A stretch of DNA of 64,000 bases from Candidatus Latescibacterota bacterium (GTDB taxonomy: Bacteria > Latescibacterota > UBA2968 > GCA-2709665), in assembly GCA_965116875.1 (NCBI GenBank), contig OZ220733.1:2848001-2912000 (forward strand). Reading direction: 5' to 3'. Positions 41,617 through 52,108 of this stretch are shown here, piece after piece. Position numbers and translations under genes: made by a program. Positions within the stretch are counted from its first letter, which is position 1, and the number at the start of each line of letters is the position of its first letter. The notes beneath the pieces were generated by a model that was not told the origin of the DNA, did no database searches, and saw only the letters and a list, made by a program, of their open reading frames with translations.

Positions 41617-42732
41617 CTATTCGGTCGTATCCCGGAGCAGCGCGGCTTCGGTCTCCCGATCGAAAAAGTGGACGGCGGAGAGATCGAATGCCAGCCGGAC
41701 GTCCTCGTCCACCGAGGGTACGGGATCCGCGGCTACCCTGGCCACGCAGGGGGCGCGCCCAACGGTCAGGTAGAGCCAGGTCTCATGTCCCATCGGTTCG
41801 ACGAGCTCGACTTTTGCGGTGACCTCTTCGGACTCGCCGGACCCGCTTGTTGAAGACGCGTAGTGGATGTGCTCGGGGCGAATTCCAAGGATGACGCGGC
41901 GGCCCACGTGTCCTGACAGGCTGTCCCGGCGCCGGTCCGGTATCGGGAGGCGAAGGCCGTCTCTCCGGAACGCGAGGCCGCCGTCCCGGACGAGTTCGCC
42001 CTCGAGGAAATTCATCGACGGGCTGCCGATAAAGCCGGCGACGAACCGGTTCGACGGTCTCCGGTAGAGATGAACAGGGGCGCCGACCTGCTGAATTCGA
42101 CCGTCTCGCATCACCACGAGCCGGTCGCCCATGGTCATTGCCTCGACCTGGTCGTGGGTGACGTAAATCATCGTGGCGGCAAGCCGGGTATGCAGCTTGC
42201 TGAGTTCCGTGCGCATCTGGACCCGCAGTCCGGCGTCCAGGTTGGACAGGGGCTCATCGAAGAGGAAGACCTTCGGTTTCCGAACGATGGCCCGGCCGAG
42301 GGCAACCCGTTGGCGCTCTCCTCCGGACAGTTCCTTCGGCTTGCGGCGCAACAGGTCTTCGATTCCCAGAATGTCCGCCGCTTCACGCACCCGGTCGTCG
42401 ATCTCCTCCCTGGGATATTTTCTCAGTTTCAGCCCGAAGGCCATATTCCGGTAGGCGTCCATATGGGGGTAGAGGGCGTAGTTCTGAAAGACCATCGCGA
42501 TATTCCGGTCTTTGGGCGGAAGGTCGTTCGCCAGGCATCCGTCGATGTGGATTTCACCGCCGGACACCTCTTCCAGGCCCGCAATCAGCCGAAGGGTGGT
42601 CGATTTACCGCATCCGGAAGGCCCCACCAGTACCACGAACTCTCCGTCCTCGACGCAAAGGCTGAAGTCGTCAACCGCGACGGTGTTCCCGTTATAGGTC
42701 TTTCGGACGTCTTTGAGATGTACGGTTGCCAT
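41617..42732 (-). CDS. Sugar ABC transporter ATP-binding protein (MalK/UgpC family)
   Basis: GPSGCGKST, VFQNYALYPH, LSGGERQRVALGR, DEPLSNLD, TOBE C-terminus. Confidence 0.93.
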   Translation of the reverse strand: MATVHLKDVRKTYNGNTVAVDDFSLCVEDGEFVVLVGPSGCGKSTTLRLIAGLEEVSGGEIHIDGCLANDLPPKDRNIAMVFQNYALYPHMDAYRNMAFGLKLRKYPREEIDDRVREAADILGIEDLLRRKPKELSGGERQRVALGRAIVRKPKVFLFDEPLSNLDAGLRVQMRTELSKLHTRLAATMIYVTHDQVEAMTMGDRLVVMRDGRIQQVGAPVHLYRRPSNRFVAGFIGSPSMNFLEGELVRDGGLAFRRDGLRLPIPDRRRDSLSGHVGRRVILGIRPEHIHYASSTSGSGESEEVTAKVELVEPMGHETWLYLTVGRAPCVARVAADPVPSVDEDVRLAFDLSAVHFFDRETEAALLRDTTE

Positions 42733-42892
42733 ACTCACCCTTTCCCGGCCTGTGGCGCGATCAACCGGGTAAAGTAAGCATATCCTTTCGGAATGACAAG
42801 CTCCGCGGGATTCTTGCCGGCCAGCGTCTCGCCGATGGACCGGCCCTCCTGGCAGGCACGGACCGGGGTGCGATCACCGCGCTGAGTCGGGC

Positions 42893-45646
42893 ATGATGCG
42901 TATCTTTACGAAATCAGGATGGGCAGGGGTCTGCACACTCGCTGCCTCGATGGCGGTTTCATGGAGTTCAAGTTTCGGGGGCGAGCACGTGAATATCCGG
43001 GACCTGCTGGGAGACCGGGGAATCAGCGGGACGTTGCTGGAGGCCGAACGCACGCATCCCTATCTCTTCTTCTCGGCCGAAGACGTGCCGCGTCTGCGCG
43101 AAATGGCCGGGCGGGAACCGTACCGGACGTGCGCCGAGGGGATCGTCCGGGCGGCCAGGCTGACGTTGGGAAACCCGATTCCGAAAGAACCGCCTGCGGG
43201 AGCGGCCGACAGCCGTCTGCCCGATGGCCGTTACGACGAATCGTTTCTGAAGGCGACCTACGATTTCCTGTCCTATGCGTACGCGATGCAATACTACGGC
43301 CCATTGTACGCGTTCGCCTACCTGCTGACGGAGGAGGAGGTTTTCGCGCAGCGCGCCAAGGCGTGGGCGCTGGCGTACGCGGAATGGGAGAACTGGGGTC
43401 CGGCGGCCGATCCATGGGATATGGAGGCGGCCATGATCCTGTCCGGAGCGGTGATCGTCTACGATTGGATTCCCGATCGATTCTCGCGAGCGGAACGTGA
43501 ACGTCTGCTCGCGGGACTGCGCGAGAAGGGGCGGAAGCTGTGCGAGAAGGATGCGTATTGGCTGACGCAGGACCCGGCGGCGCGTCGGGGGTCGCTTGCG
43601 AATAACCACAGGTGGCGGAGCATACCGCTTGAGGGACTGGCGGGGCTGGGGCTGCTCTACGAAGTCGAAGAGGCGCGGGACTGGCTGGATATGGGGCTGG
43701 TGCTCACGCGGGATTACCTCCTGCCCGCGGCCTACGGGAGGGACGGAGAGCGGATGGAGGGACGCGGCTGGCTGGGGGTCTGTCTGAGCGACGGGGGTCG
43801 GTTTATGGAGGCGCTGGCGCGAAACGGCGGGCCGGACCTGTTCGATACCGGGCCGCTGCGCCGGTTGTCGCACTTTCTGACTTTCGGGATGGAGATGTAC
43901 AGGTCGCGCGGGCACTACAACGATCGGCCAGGCCTTCTGGCGCACGCCGCAAGATTGCGGGACCCGGCGCTTCAATGGCTGGCCCTGAAGCACGATCTGC
44001 GACCGGATATGAAGGGATACCCGGCGTACTGGTATAACCGGGATAAAGTGCTTTATCAGCCTCAGACCTTTTATACGGTTTCCCTGCGGTGGGATGCCGG
44101 GTCCGGCGGGATGCGGGTCGAAGTGAATGGCGTCGTGCGGGACCTGCAGGATATCGAACGCGTGGAAGGGATCGACAGGGTCACGCTTCAGGTTGAGGGC
44201 GACCGCGTCGACGTCGCTTCTCTGGAGGTCCTGGACGCCGCCGGGGGCGTCGTGGATCGGCTGGATGGACCGGTGGCGCTGACGGATGAACGGCGGGAGA
44301 CGGCCCTCGGATTCGCCGGCATGCGCGCCGGCGAGATCCGGGCTTCCCTGCGTAAGTACCGATCGTACACCGGGCAGGCAATGCTGATGCTGATGTCTGG
44401 AGCGCGGCGTGTGAGGGGAGTCGCATTCACAGGCGAACACGAGATTGCCAAGGCGGTTGAGGAGATGGACGGAACGTATACGCTGGGAGTTGCGGCGGCG
44501 AAGGGGCTCTATTTCCACGGGCCCTGGGAGTTCCTGTTCTACGACGAAAGCCTGGCGCCGGCGGCGCCGAAGCAGGATGCGACCGGGTTTCACTTCCGGG
44601 ACCTGGGGCTGGTGAAGTTCCACGACACGCTGCACACGGAAGGGGTGCACGTCACGTTCACGTCCGGACCCGAAGTGAGCAAGGAACAGGGGGACAAGAA
44701 TGCGTTTACGCTCAGCGCGTTCGGGGAGCGGCTGTTGGCGCCGCTACGGACCCCGAAGACGGGGGAGGCGGCGCTTACGCAGGCGCAGTACGATCTGACG
44801 GCCTGGTACCGGGGCACACCGGGGCGAAACACGATTCTGGTGGATGGACGGGGACAGCCGACGGTACACGAGGAAAGCCCTGTGCCGCGTGAGTACGAAT
44901 TGCAATGGCTGGGACCGGAGGACGTTGCGAAGAGCGGCCGGATCGAGGCGACCTTTTTCTCCAGGGACTACGACTACGCAAGAGGGGAGGCGGCGCACGC
45001 GTACCGGCCCCTGCTGGAGACCTACCGGCGCCACCTGATGTTCCTGAAGCCGCAGGGCGACCCGGACCTGCGGTACCTGGTGCTGTTCGATGAAATCGAA
45101 ACCGCCGGGAGGCAACCAAGACAGATCGAGTGGCGGCTGCTGAGCCCGATCGGCAAGGTGACAGTCGCCGGCGGGACGTCCAGAATCGAGGGACGCGCGG
45201 CATGGATGCACATCAGGCACCTCTGGCCTGAGGCGTCAACCGTCAGGATCGATTCCACGCCCGCGCCCCGGGATGCGGATCGGCAGCCCTATCTGCGGTT
45301 TCCGACGCCGGAACCCATGGAAAAGGCGCACTACCTTCACCTGCTTCAGCCGCTGCGTTCCGCTGAGGCCGAACCGGTTTCGGCGACGCGGGTGATGGGG
45401 CAAGGCGGGATCGGCATCCGGGTAAGCGGCCCTGATGGAACCGCTCTGGCGGTCTTCAGAACGGGAGAGGATACAGTCATCGCGGGCGAGCTGACCACGG
45501 ACGCCCTCGCCAGTCTGGTGCGAAGGGGAACGGACGGCGGCGGGTCGTTGGTCGTACACGGCGGGACGTTTGCCGAGTTGGACGGGAGACGCGTCTTCAA
45601 TTCCGAGGATCAAACGAGCGTTCGGGTCGAGTTACCGGTTGAGTAG
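42893..45646 (+). CDS. Secreted DUF4962/heparinase II/III-fold protein
   Basis: Signal-like N-terminus, HPYLFF, NNH, D.N.F.L.A.GE, NTILVDGRGQ. Confidence 0.7.
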   Translation: MMRIFTKSGWAGVCTLAASMAVSWSSSFGGEHVNIRDLLGDRGISGTLLEAERTHPYLFFSAEDVPRLREMAGREPYRTCAEGIVRAARLTLGNPIPKEPPAGAADSRLPDGRYDESFLKATYDFLSYAYAMQYYGPLYAFAYLLTEEEVFAQRAKAWALAYAEWENWGPAADPWDMEAAMILSGAVIVYDWIPDRFSRAERERLLAGLREKGRKLCEKDAYWLTQDPAARRGSLANNHRWRSIPLEGLAGLGLLYEVEEARDWLDMGLVLTRDYLLPAAYGRDGERMEGRGWLGVCLSDGGRFMEALARNGGPDLFDTGPLRRLSHFLTFGMEMYRSRGHYNDRPGLLAHAARLRDPALQWLALKHDLRPDMKGYPAYWYNRDKVLYQPQTFYTVSLRWDAGSGGMRVEVNGVVRDLQDIERVEGIDRVTLQVEGDRVDVASLEVLDAAGGVVDRLDGPVALTDERRETALGFAGMRAGEIRASLRKYRSYTGQAMLMLMSGARRVRGVAFTGEHEIAKAVEEMDGTYTLGVAAAKGLYFHGPWEFLFYDESLAPAAPKQDATGFHFRDLGLVKFHDTLHTEGVHVTFTSGPEVSKEQGDKNAFTLSAFGERLLAPLRTPKTGEAALTQAQYDLTAWYRGTPGRNTILVDGRGQPTVHEESPVPREYELQWLGPEDVAKSGRIEATFFSRDYDYARGEAAHAYRPLLETYRRHLMFLKPQGDPDLRYLVLFDEIETAGRQPRQIEWRLLSPIGKVTVAGGTSRIEGRAAWMHIRHLWPEASTVRIDSTPAPRDADRQPYLRFPTPEPMEKAHYLHLLQPLRSAEAEPVSATRVMGQGGIGIRVSGPDGTALAVFRTGEDTVIAGELTTDALASLVRRGTDGGGSLVVHGGTFAELDGRRVFNSEDQTSVRVELPVE

Positions 45647-45763
45647 GCACGGACGATCATACGTGTGGCAGGCAAATCCGGACGACGACGCGTGGTACGG
45701 AGCGGAGGTTGCCGAGGCCGCATCCTTGATGTCGTAGAGGTATTTGAGTATTTCAGAGTCCAT
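45632..45763 (-). pseudogene. Truncated HepT/DUF86 (HEPN) toxin
   Basis: MDSEILKYLYDIKDAASA... overlaps the MNT stop. DUF86-like for ~18 aa, then unrelated sequence and a stop at 43 aa. No RxxxxH. Confidence 0.6.
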
Positions 45764-46049
45764 AGATGTTTACCCTTTCGTCAAGGATGCTGCGACGAAA
45801 GTAGGGGTTCTTGAGTCCGTTGAACGTAAGCAGGTCAACCTTGAAATTCAGCTTGTCCTCGAGATGGTGTAAAAGCCCAAAAAACCCCTTCGAAGGAAAC
45901 GAAGTAGGATCCTCGAACTCCACGATTAAATCCACGTCGCTGATCGCGGTACCCTGGCCCCGGCTCAATGATCCGAACAGATCCAATCTTTTTACCCTGA
46001 ATTCCCGACATGCAGGAACAGCGATTTCCTTTATTTTCTCTATCGTCAC
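45753..46049 (-). CDS. Minimal nucleotidyltransferase (MntA-like)
   Basis: LDLFGSLSRGQGTAISDVDLIVEF...VDLLT..LKNPYF. GTG start with GGAG RBS. AT-richer than flanks. Confidence 0.85.
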   Translation of the reverse strand: MTIEKIKEIAVPACREFRVKRLDLFGSLSRGQGTAISDVDLIVEFEDPTSFPSKGFFGLLHHLEDKLNFKVDLLTFNGLKNPYFRRSILDERVNIYGL

Positions 46050-46184
46050 TGGATAGAATCTCCAAATTGAGGTAAAGACACTATTACCATTAAGATACGC
46101 GAATTGACGCAAGCTGTCACGCACATTCCGTGCATTCAAACGTGAATTCCTGCTGCGTTTGAATTCCACCTGAAGGAAAGTTCG

Positions 46185-49100
46185 ATGGTCGAGGGACGTC
46201 TTGACAGCTTGAAGGACATGCGCCTGACCACGGATCTTCGTGAAGGGGCGGAGATCGTGGCGCCTCTCGATTCGGACTGGGCGCCTCTTGGCCGGCGGCT
46301 GCGGGAGATGATCCGGACGGTTGCGGGCGTGGATCTTCCGATCGTGGATCCGGCCGCGCTTTCACCCGTGCCCGAGGGCCGGCACCGCGTGCTGCTGGGC
46401 AACGCGATGGTTAACGATTCGATCATGGCGCTTTACCGCCGGCAATATGCTTTCGTCGACGAATTCTATCCTGGCGGGGACGGGTACGCAATCCGTACGG
46501 TACACAATCCGGAGAATTGCGGCTATAACGCGTTGCTGGTGGGCGCAAGCCGGGTGGAGGGGGCGGTCGCCGCACTCGAGACGCTGCAGGGCGTCCTGGA
46601 AAAGACCCGGGGGCGTTTGGGATATACGAATCTGTCCCGGTCGGACGTCCACGAGACATTGCTGCCGGAAATGACGCCGGAGGACTTCCGCGAATGGGTG
46701 GCCGAGATGTACCGGGACAATCTCAGTTACTACCCTGTCGAACAGGGTACCTTCCTGGGTCTGGCCCACCACCTGACCCACGATCCCGGCTGCGCGCGCA
46801 TGTTCCGGGACGCGCTCTTCTACTACGAGGACCTGGTGAGGAACCGCTATGGCGGGAATTGGCTGTTCGAGCATATGCTGTTCATCTATTCCTGGGCGTG
46901 GCGGCTGTTCCTGGTCTGGGACCTGATCGAGGAGAGCGATGCGTTTACAGACGCGGACCGTCTCCGGATCACAAACATCCTGTGGGGGTTGGCGAACTAC
47001 GTGGCCGGCACCCACTATTTCAATGGCGATGCGCCGCCGGCTCCGGAGATCCGGCAGAACCACTGGACGTTTGCCGGACTGAGCGGGTCGATCAGCGCGG
47101 GTTATTTCGAAACCTACTACGGGATCACGCGATTCGAGACGCAGAAACGGTTCTCCAGGGCGGTTTTCGACGGGCAGGCGAAAAGCTACAAGCCGAACGA
47201 CGATGCGGGCGGAGGGTGGTGGGGCTATTGCTGGCTGGCGCCTTACCACCAGGTCATTTATGATCTGAAGCGTGACGATTTCCGCTTTCTTGAAGACGGC
47301 CAGCTCAAAACCTTCGCCGACTACGGCATACAGGTGACGGACAATCTGGGGGTTCCCGTGAGCTTCGGCGATATGTGGTCCTATATCGAGCCGGGGCGGT
47401 ATGCCGTGGCGCTCAGGAACAAGACCATCTCGCTTGAGCTCTCGATGGCGCTCTGTACGGCGGCATGGTACTACGAGGACAGCAGCTATCTCTGGGCGCT
47501 GGACTGGATGGGCGGCGCGCCGTATCCCGGCTGTTATTACCGTGCGCTTCCGAAACACGCGCCCGACAGGCTGGCCGGGGTCACCGTGGCGCCGTTCAAC
47601 CGTTCGCTTTACGATTGGGTGGAGCGGCACGCGCGCGGAGGAGCGAACGTGCCGATGGAGGAAGCGTTCGACAAGCTGGTTCTGCGCGGCGGGTTCGGCA
47701 GGGACGATGAATACCTCCTGCTGGACGGGACGTCGACGTTCGCACACGGGCACGAGGACGGCAACTCGATCGAACGGCTGACGTGGAAGGGGCGGATGTG
47801 GCTGGCGGAGTTGGACTACATCTGGAAACGTCCTCGTCATCACTCGTCAATCGTGTCGATCTGCGAAGGTGAAACCGCCGAGATGCCGCCGCTGGCGGCG
47901 TTGAAGTGGGCGGAGAGGTTCGGGAGCGCGGCGTTCACACGCACGGTCGTGCCGGGATACACGGGTTGGACTGGACGCGGGATATCTTCTGGGTCAAGGG
48001 CGGGTTCTTTCTGATCGCGGACTCGCTGCGGCTGCTCAGGGAGGCGGATTACGATCTGAGGTGCCTCTGGCGGACGCTCGGGGATGTAAGGCAGCGCGAT
48101 CCCGAACTGACCGTGGAACAGGAGGGCGTGTATTTCCGCATTCTGAATGCGGATGATTCTGAAAAGTCGCTCCTGACGGAAGAAGCCCGCGTTGCGGGAA
48201 CCGACCCTTACGAACTGTATCCGTTTGCAGACGGCCCGATCCGGATCTTCAGCCAGCACAAGGCGCTGCACGGTCGACGCGGCGACGTGGAGCGTTTTTT
48301 CAACCTGATGGCGGCGGGGACGGAAGCGGAGATCGATTCCTGGCGGTTCGAGCGAATCGGCGAGGGCATGGTGCGGGTGGGGCATCCGGACGGCCCATCT
48401 GTATTCGGCATTGTCGATGGGGAGGCGCGGATTGGGGCCGTCAGGATTGTCGCCGGCGCTTTCGCGTTGACCAAATCGTCCCAGACGTTGCTTGACGCGA
48501 CGGGCCTTTGGGCCGATGGAGCGATGTTTGAGAGCGACGCGCCGGTGCATATCGTACTCCATCCGGGCGAGGGCGAAGTCCGCGCAGGAAAGGAGACTCG
48601 AGTGCGGGCGCAAGGGTTCCGTTTTGAGGGGGTGGCAGATGGTGCACCGGAGAGTCTTTCGACCGGGACGCATCGGATCTTTCTGGAGACCGGTATGGAC
48701 GACATCTTGCGTGAGGCGGTTCGGTGCGGCGCGCCCTATGTGCATCGGAAAGCGCCGGGGACGCACGGGTTCGTGCCAAAGGACACGCCGCTCAGGCGTC
48801 TCTGGGAGACAAACGTCGGGGGACCGGTCCGATGCGTCGGTGCGAGCCGTGACTGGATCGCCGTCGGAACAGCCGGCGGGCAGGTACTCTTGCTTGACCC
48901 CGGCGGGCGGGTCCGGTGGAAGCGCGAGACCGGTGGCGAAGTGCGCGCCGTGCACCTTGCGGACATGGAAGAAGGACGGCTTCTGGCCGGGGGACGGGAC
49001 CACGCGCTGACGCTGTTCGATTCAAAGGGTGAGGTCTGCTGGAAGCGCGCGTTTTCACAGTCGCACGGGGTGGACCAGAACGTGAACGCGGTGACCACGG

Positions 49101-49849
49101 CGGATCTTGCGGGAAACGGCAAGCCGGTCATCCTGACGGCAACGGACGGGTGGCTGGTGTGGGCGCTGGCGCCGGACGGAGAGGAGGTCTGGCAGCGGCA
49201 GATCGAACACCACGCCGCGCGGACGCTGGTGGTGGGGGACGTGGAGGGAGACGGCAGGCAGGAAATCCTGGTGGGTGCTGAATATTACACGTCGAATCTG
49301 CTGGAGTCCGACGGGAGGATCCGGTGGACCGTCAACGGGGGACCGTGTTTTTCGGCGCTAGCCCTCGCGGACCTGAATGGAGACGGCGTGAAGGAATCGA
49401 TCTACGGCGCCATGGACGGAAATGTCTATGCGGTCGATTCGATATCCGGAAGGACCCTCTGGACGGCCAACCTGGGGGACGACGTCCGGCATGGCGTGAC
49501 CGTTGGGGGAAACGGATTCGCGGCGGGAAGCGTAAGCGGGCACGTGGCGCTGTTGACCGGCGGGGGCGGGAAGCGCTGGCGCCGCGACCTCGACGGGGCC
49601 GTGACCGGGCTTCTCCTTATCGGGACTGGCGACTTGGGGATGATCGTGGCGGGGACTTCAGACGGCTGGATCGTGTTCCTGTCTCTTGAGGGGGAAGTTG
49701 TGGGCAGCCACCGCATGGAAGCCGGCGTGACCGTGTTAAAGTCCCTGACGGTGCAAGGAGAGTCCGCCCTTCTTGTTGGGACGGAGGGCGGCAGCGTGAG
49801 CGCCCTCAGTCCCGATCCGGCGGCATTCGATTTGCGCATCAATCCCTGA
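46185..49849 (+). pseudogene. Heparinase II/III-like + beta-propeller protein (paralog 5), single frameshift near 47961
   Basis: ORF 46185-48014 (RQNH, FDKLVLRGG, HGHEDGN) joins ORF 47906-49849 (GLDWTRDIFWV, propeller). Adding one A restores PGYNGLDW. May be a sequencing error. Confidence 0.7.
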
Positions 49850-49934
49850 TCGTATACATTGGTACGTCTTTCAAACGCCGCATGAACGACATGTCATCAC
49901 GCCGTCCATACACCCGATTCCGGAGAACGATCCA

Positions 49935-50876
49935 ATGAGATTCGCACTCGTCCTGTCGCCCCTCGACGAAGAACGGATGGCCCTGGCCCGTCAGATCGGC
50001 GTGACCGACCTGGTGACGACACTCCCAAACGGCGGTCCGATCTGGGATTTTGACGCCATCGTACATCACAAGCAGCGCATTGCCGACGCGGGCCTGACGT
50101 GGTCCGTGGTGGAGTCCGTACCCATCTCGGACCGGATCACGCTGGGACTGGACGGACGGGACGAGGACATCGATGCGTACTGCCAGACCATTCGCAACCT
50201 GGGCGCAGCCGGTATCGGAATCATGTGCTGGAACTGGATGGCGGTGTTCAACTGGATGCGGACGTCCTTCACCACGCGCGGCCGGGGAAATGCGTTTGTG
50301 AGCAGCTACGATGATGTGCTGATGGAGGACGCGCCCCCAACGAAATACGGGGAAGTGAGCGAATCGCTCCTCTGGGAAACCCTGGAGTACTTTCTCGAAA
50401 GGGTCATTCCCGTGGCCGAGGAGGCCGGCGTCAAGCAGGCGCTGCACCCCGACGACCCGCCCCTCTCGCCCGTGCGGGGAATCGGCCGCATCATCACCAG
50501 CGTGGACGCGTTCCAGCGCGTCGTCGACATGGTTCCCAGCGACTGCAACGGGATTACCTTCTGCCAGGGTAACTTCGCAGCCATGGGCGCAGACGTGCCG
50601 TCCGCCATCTGCCGGTTTGCGGACAAGATCCATTTCTCTCACTTCCGCGACGTGAGAGGCACCGTACCCAGCTTCGAGGAAACCTTCCACGACGAGGGCG
50701 ACACGGATATGGCGGAATGCATCCGGGCGTACCGGGACATCGGTTTCACCGGTCCCATACGCCCCGACCACGTCCCGGTGCTGTCCGGCGAAGACAACGA
50801 TCCGCCCGGCTACACCCTGATGGGCAGGCTCTACGCCATCGGCTATATGAAGGGGCTGGTGGACGGAACGGCCTGA
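49935..50876 (+). CDS. uxuA: Mannonate dehydratase
   Basis: WSVVESVP, CWNWMAVFNWMRT, ALHPDDPP, ITFCQG, HFRDVRG, IRPDHVP, GRLYAIGYMKGL. Confidence 0.9.
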   Translation: MRFALVLSPLDEERMALARQIGVTDLVTTLPNGGPIWDFDAIVHHKQRIADAGLTWSVVESVPISDRITLGLDGRDEDIDAYCQTIRNLGAAGIGIMCWNWMAVFNWMRTSFTTRGRGNAFVSSYDDVLMEDAPPTKYGEVSESLLWETLEYFLERVIPVAEEAGVKQALHPDDPPLSPVRGIGRIITSVDAFQRVVDMVPSDCNGITFCQGNFAAMGADVPSAICRFADKIHFSHFRDVRGTVPSFEETFHDEGDTDMAECIRAYRDIGFTGPIRPDHVPVLSGEDNDPPGYTLMGRLYAIGYMKGLVDGTA

Positions 50877-50963
50877 AACCGTTCCGAGTCTACGGAATCG
50901 TTGGTCCGGACGATTCCGCGACGTTGTCGTCAGACGTACGGTTGACTGCGAGATCGGGATTCC

Positions 50964-51932
50964 ATGCGTGAAATCAGAATCGGCGCCGCCCAGTTCGAAG
51001 CAAGAGACGCCGACAAGCCCTACAACCTTTCCCGGATCGACGCCCTTACGAGGCGGGCCGTTGACGCGGGCGCCGAAATCGTTTCCTTCCACGAGTGCTG
51101 TATTCCCGGTTATACCTTTCTGCAGACCCTCTCGCGTTCCCGAATCGCCGAGTTGGCCGAACCCGTTCCGGGCGGTCCCTCCACAAAATGCCTGATCGAC
51201 ATCGCGAGGAAATACAACGTCGCCGTCCTGGCCGGCCTCGTGGAAGCGGAAGGCGACGCCCTGTACAACACGTACGTCGCCGTGGGTCCGGATGGTTACG
51301 TCGCGAAGCACCGCAAGCTGCACGCCTTCATCAGCAGGTTCATCGACTCCGGCGATGCGTTCACCGTTTTCGAACTCCGCGGCTGCCGGGTGGGCATCCT
51401 GATCTGCTACGACAACAACCTGCCCGAAAACGTGCGCATTACCGCGATGATGGGCGCGGAGATCGTCTTCATGCCTCACGTTACCTGCGGCCTGCCCTCC
51501 GACATGCCAGGAAGGGGCGTCATCGACCGCGCGCTCTGGGAAAACCGCCATCGCGACCCGGTATCGCTCCGGCAGGAATTCAACGGCCCGAAGGGCCGGG
51601 GCTGGCTCATGCGCTGGCTGCCGGCGCGCGCCTACGAGAACGGTGTCTACGCCGTTTACACGAATCCCATAGGAGTGGATCACGATACCGTCAAGAACGG
51701 CAATTCGATGATCCTGGACCCGTTCGGCGAAATCCTGGTGGAGTCACGGGCGCTGGAGGACGACGTGGCGGTGGGGTTGCTCACACCCGACAAGATACCG
51801 GTCTCCTCCGGGTACCGCTATCTGCGCGCGCGCCGCCCGGACCTCTACGGCAAACTGGCGGAACCCCTTCCGCGTGACATGCAGGGCGGCACGAATCCGG
51901 GGTGGAAACTGAAGGTAACGGAGGACTTGTAG
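50964..51932 (+). CDS. Nitrilase/carbon-nitrogen hydrolase family protein
   Basis: E-K-C triad (FHEC, HRKLH, ICYD) and ARAYENG. Confidence 0.88.
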   Translation: MREIRIGAAQFEARDADKPYNLSRIDALTRRAVDAGAEIVSFHECCIPGYTFLQTLSRSRIAELAEPVPGGPSTKCLIDIARKYNVAVLAGLVEAEGDALYNTYVAVGPDGYVAKHRKLHAFISRFIDSGDAFTVFELRGCRVGILICYDNNLPENVRITAMMGAEIVFMPHVTCGLPSDMPGRGVIDRALWENRHRDPVSLRQEFNGPKGRGWLMRWLPARAYENGVYAVYTNPIGVDHDTVKNGNSMILDPFGEILVESRALEDDVAVGLLTPDKIPVSSGYRYLRARRPDLYGKLAEPLPRDMQGGTNPGWKLKVTEDL

Positions 51933-51933
51933 A

Positions 51934-52014
51934 TCCTTCGACGACCCTTCGACAGGCTTGCTTCGACAAGCTCAGCACGAGCAGGGCGAGTGTTCAGGGA
52001 GCGGCTCAGGAGCC
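51934..52014. repeat. Nested REP-like CCTTCGACA...GCTCAG elements
   Basis: ATCCTTCGAC / CCCTTCGACAGGCT / GCTTCGACAAGCTCAGC...CAGGG...GGCTCAGGA. Same family as 30951-31066. Confidence 0.7.
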
Positions 52015-52108
52015 CAGCTCGATGATTTTCGCTCCCTGCGTCGCGTGCGCTCCTGAACCCGGGCTCCGTATCCGTCTGACGGTACCCGAAATCCATTGAA
52101 AGGGAAAG

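Noticed and set aside
41617-42732. Convergent orientation of the ABC ATPase as evidence of inversion
   Set aside because: Separately transcribed, shared MalK/MsmX-type ATPases are common, and no flanking inverted repeats or recombinase were seen.
46134-46164. 9-bp inverted repeat ATTCAAACG/CGTTTGAAT upstream of paralog 5
   Set aside because: Single occurrence with no supporting promoter, so it could be chance.
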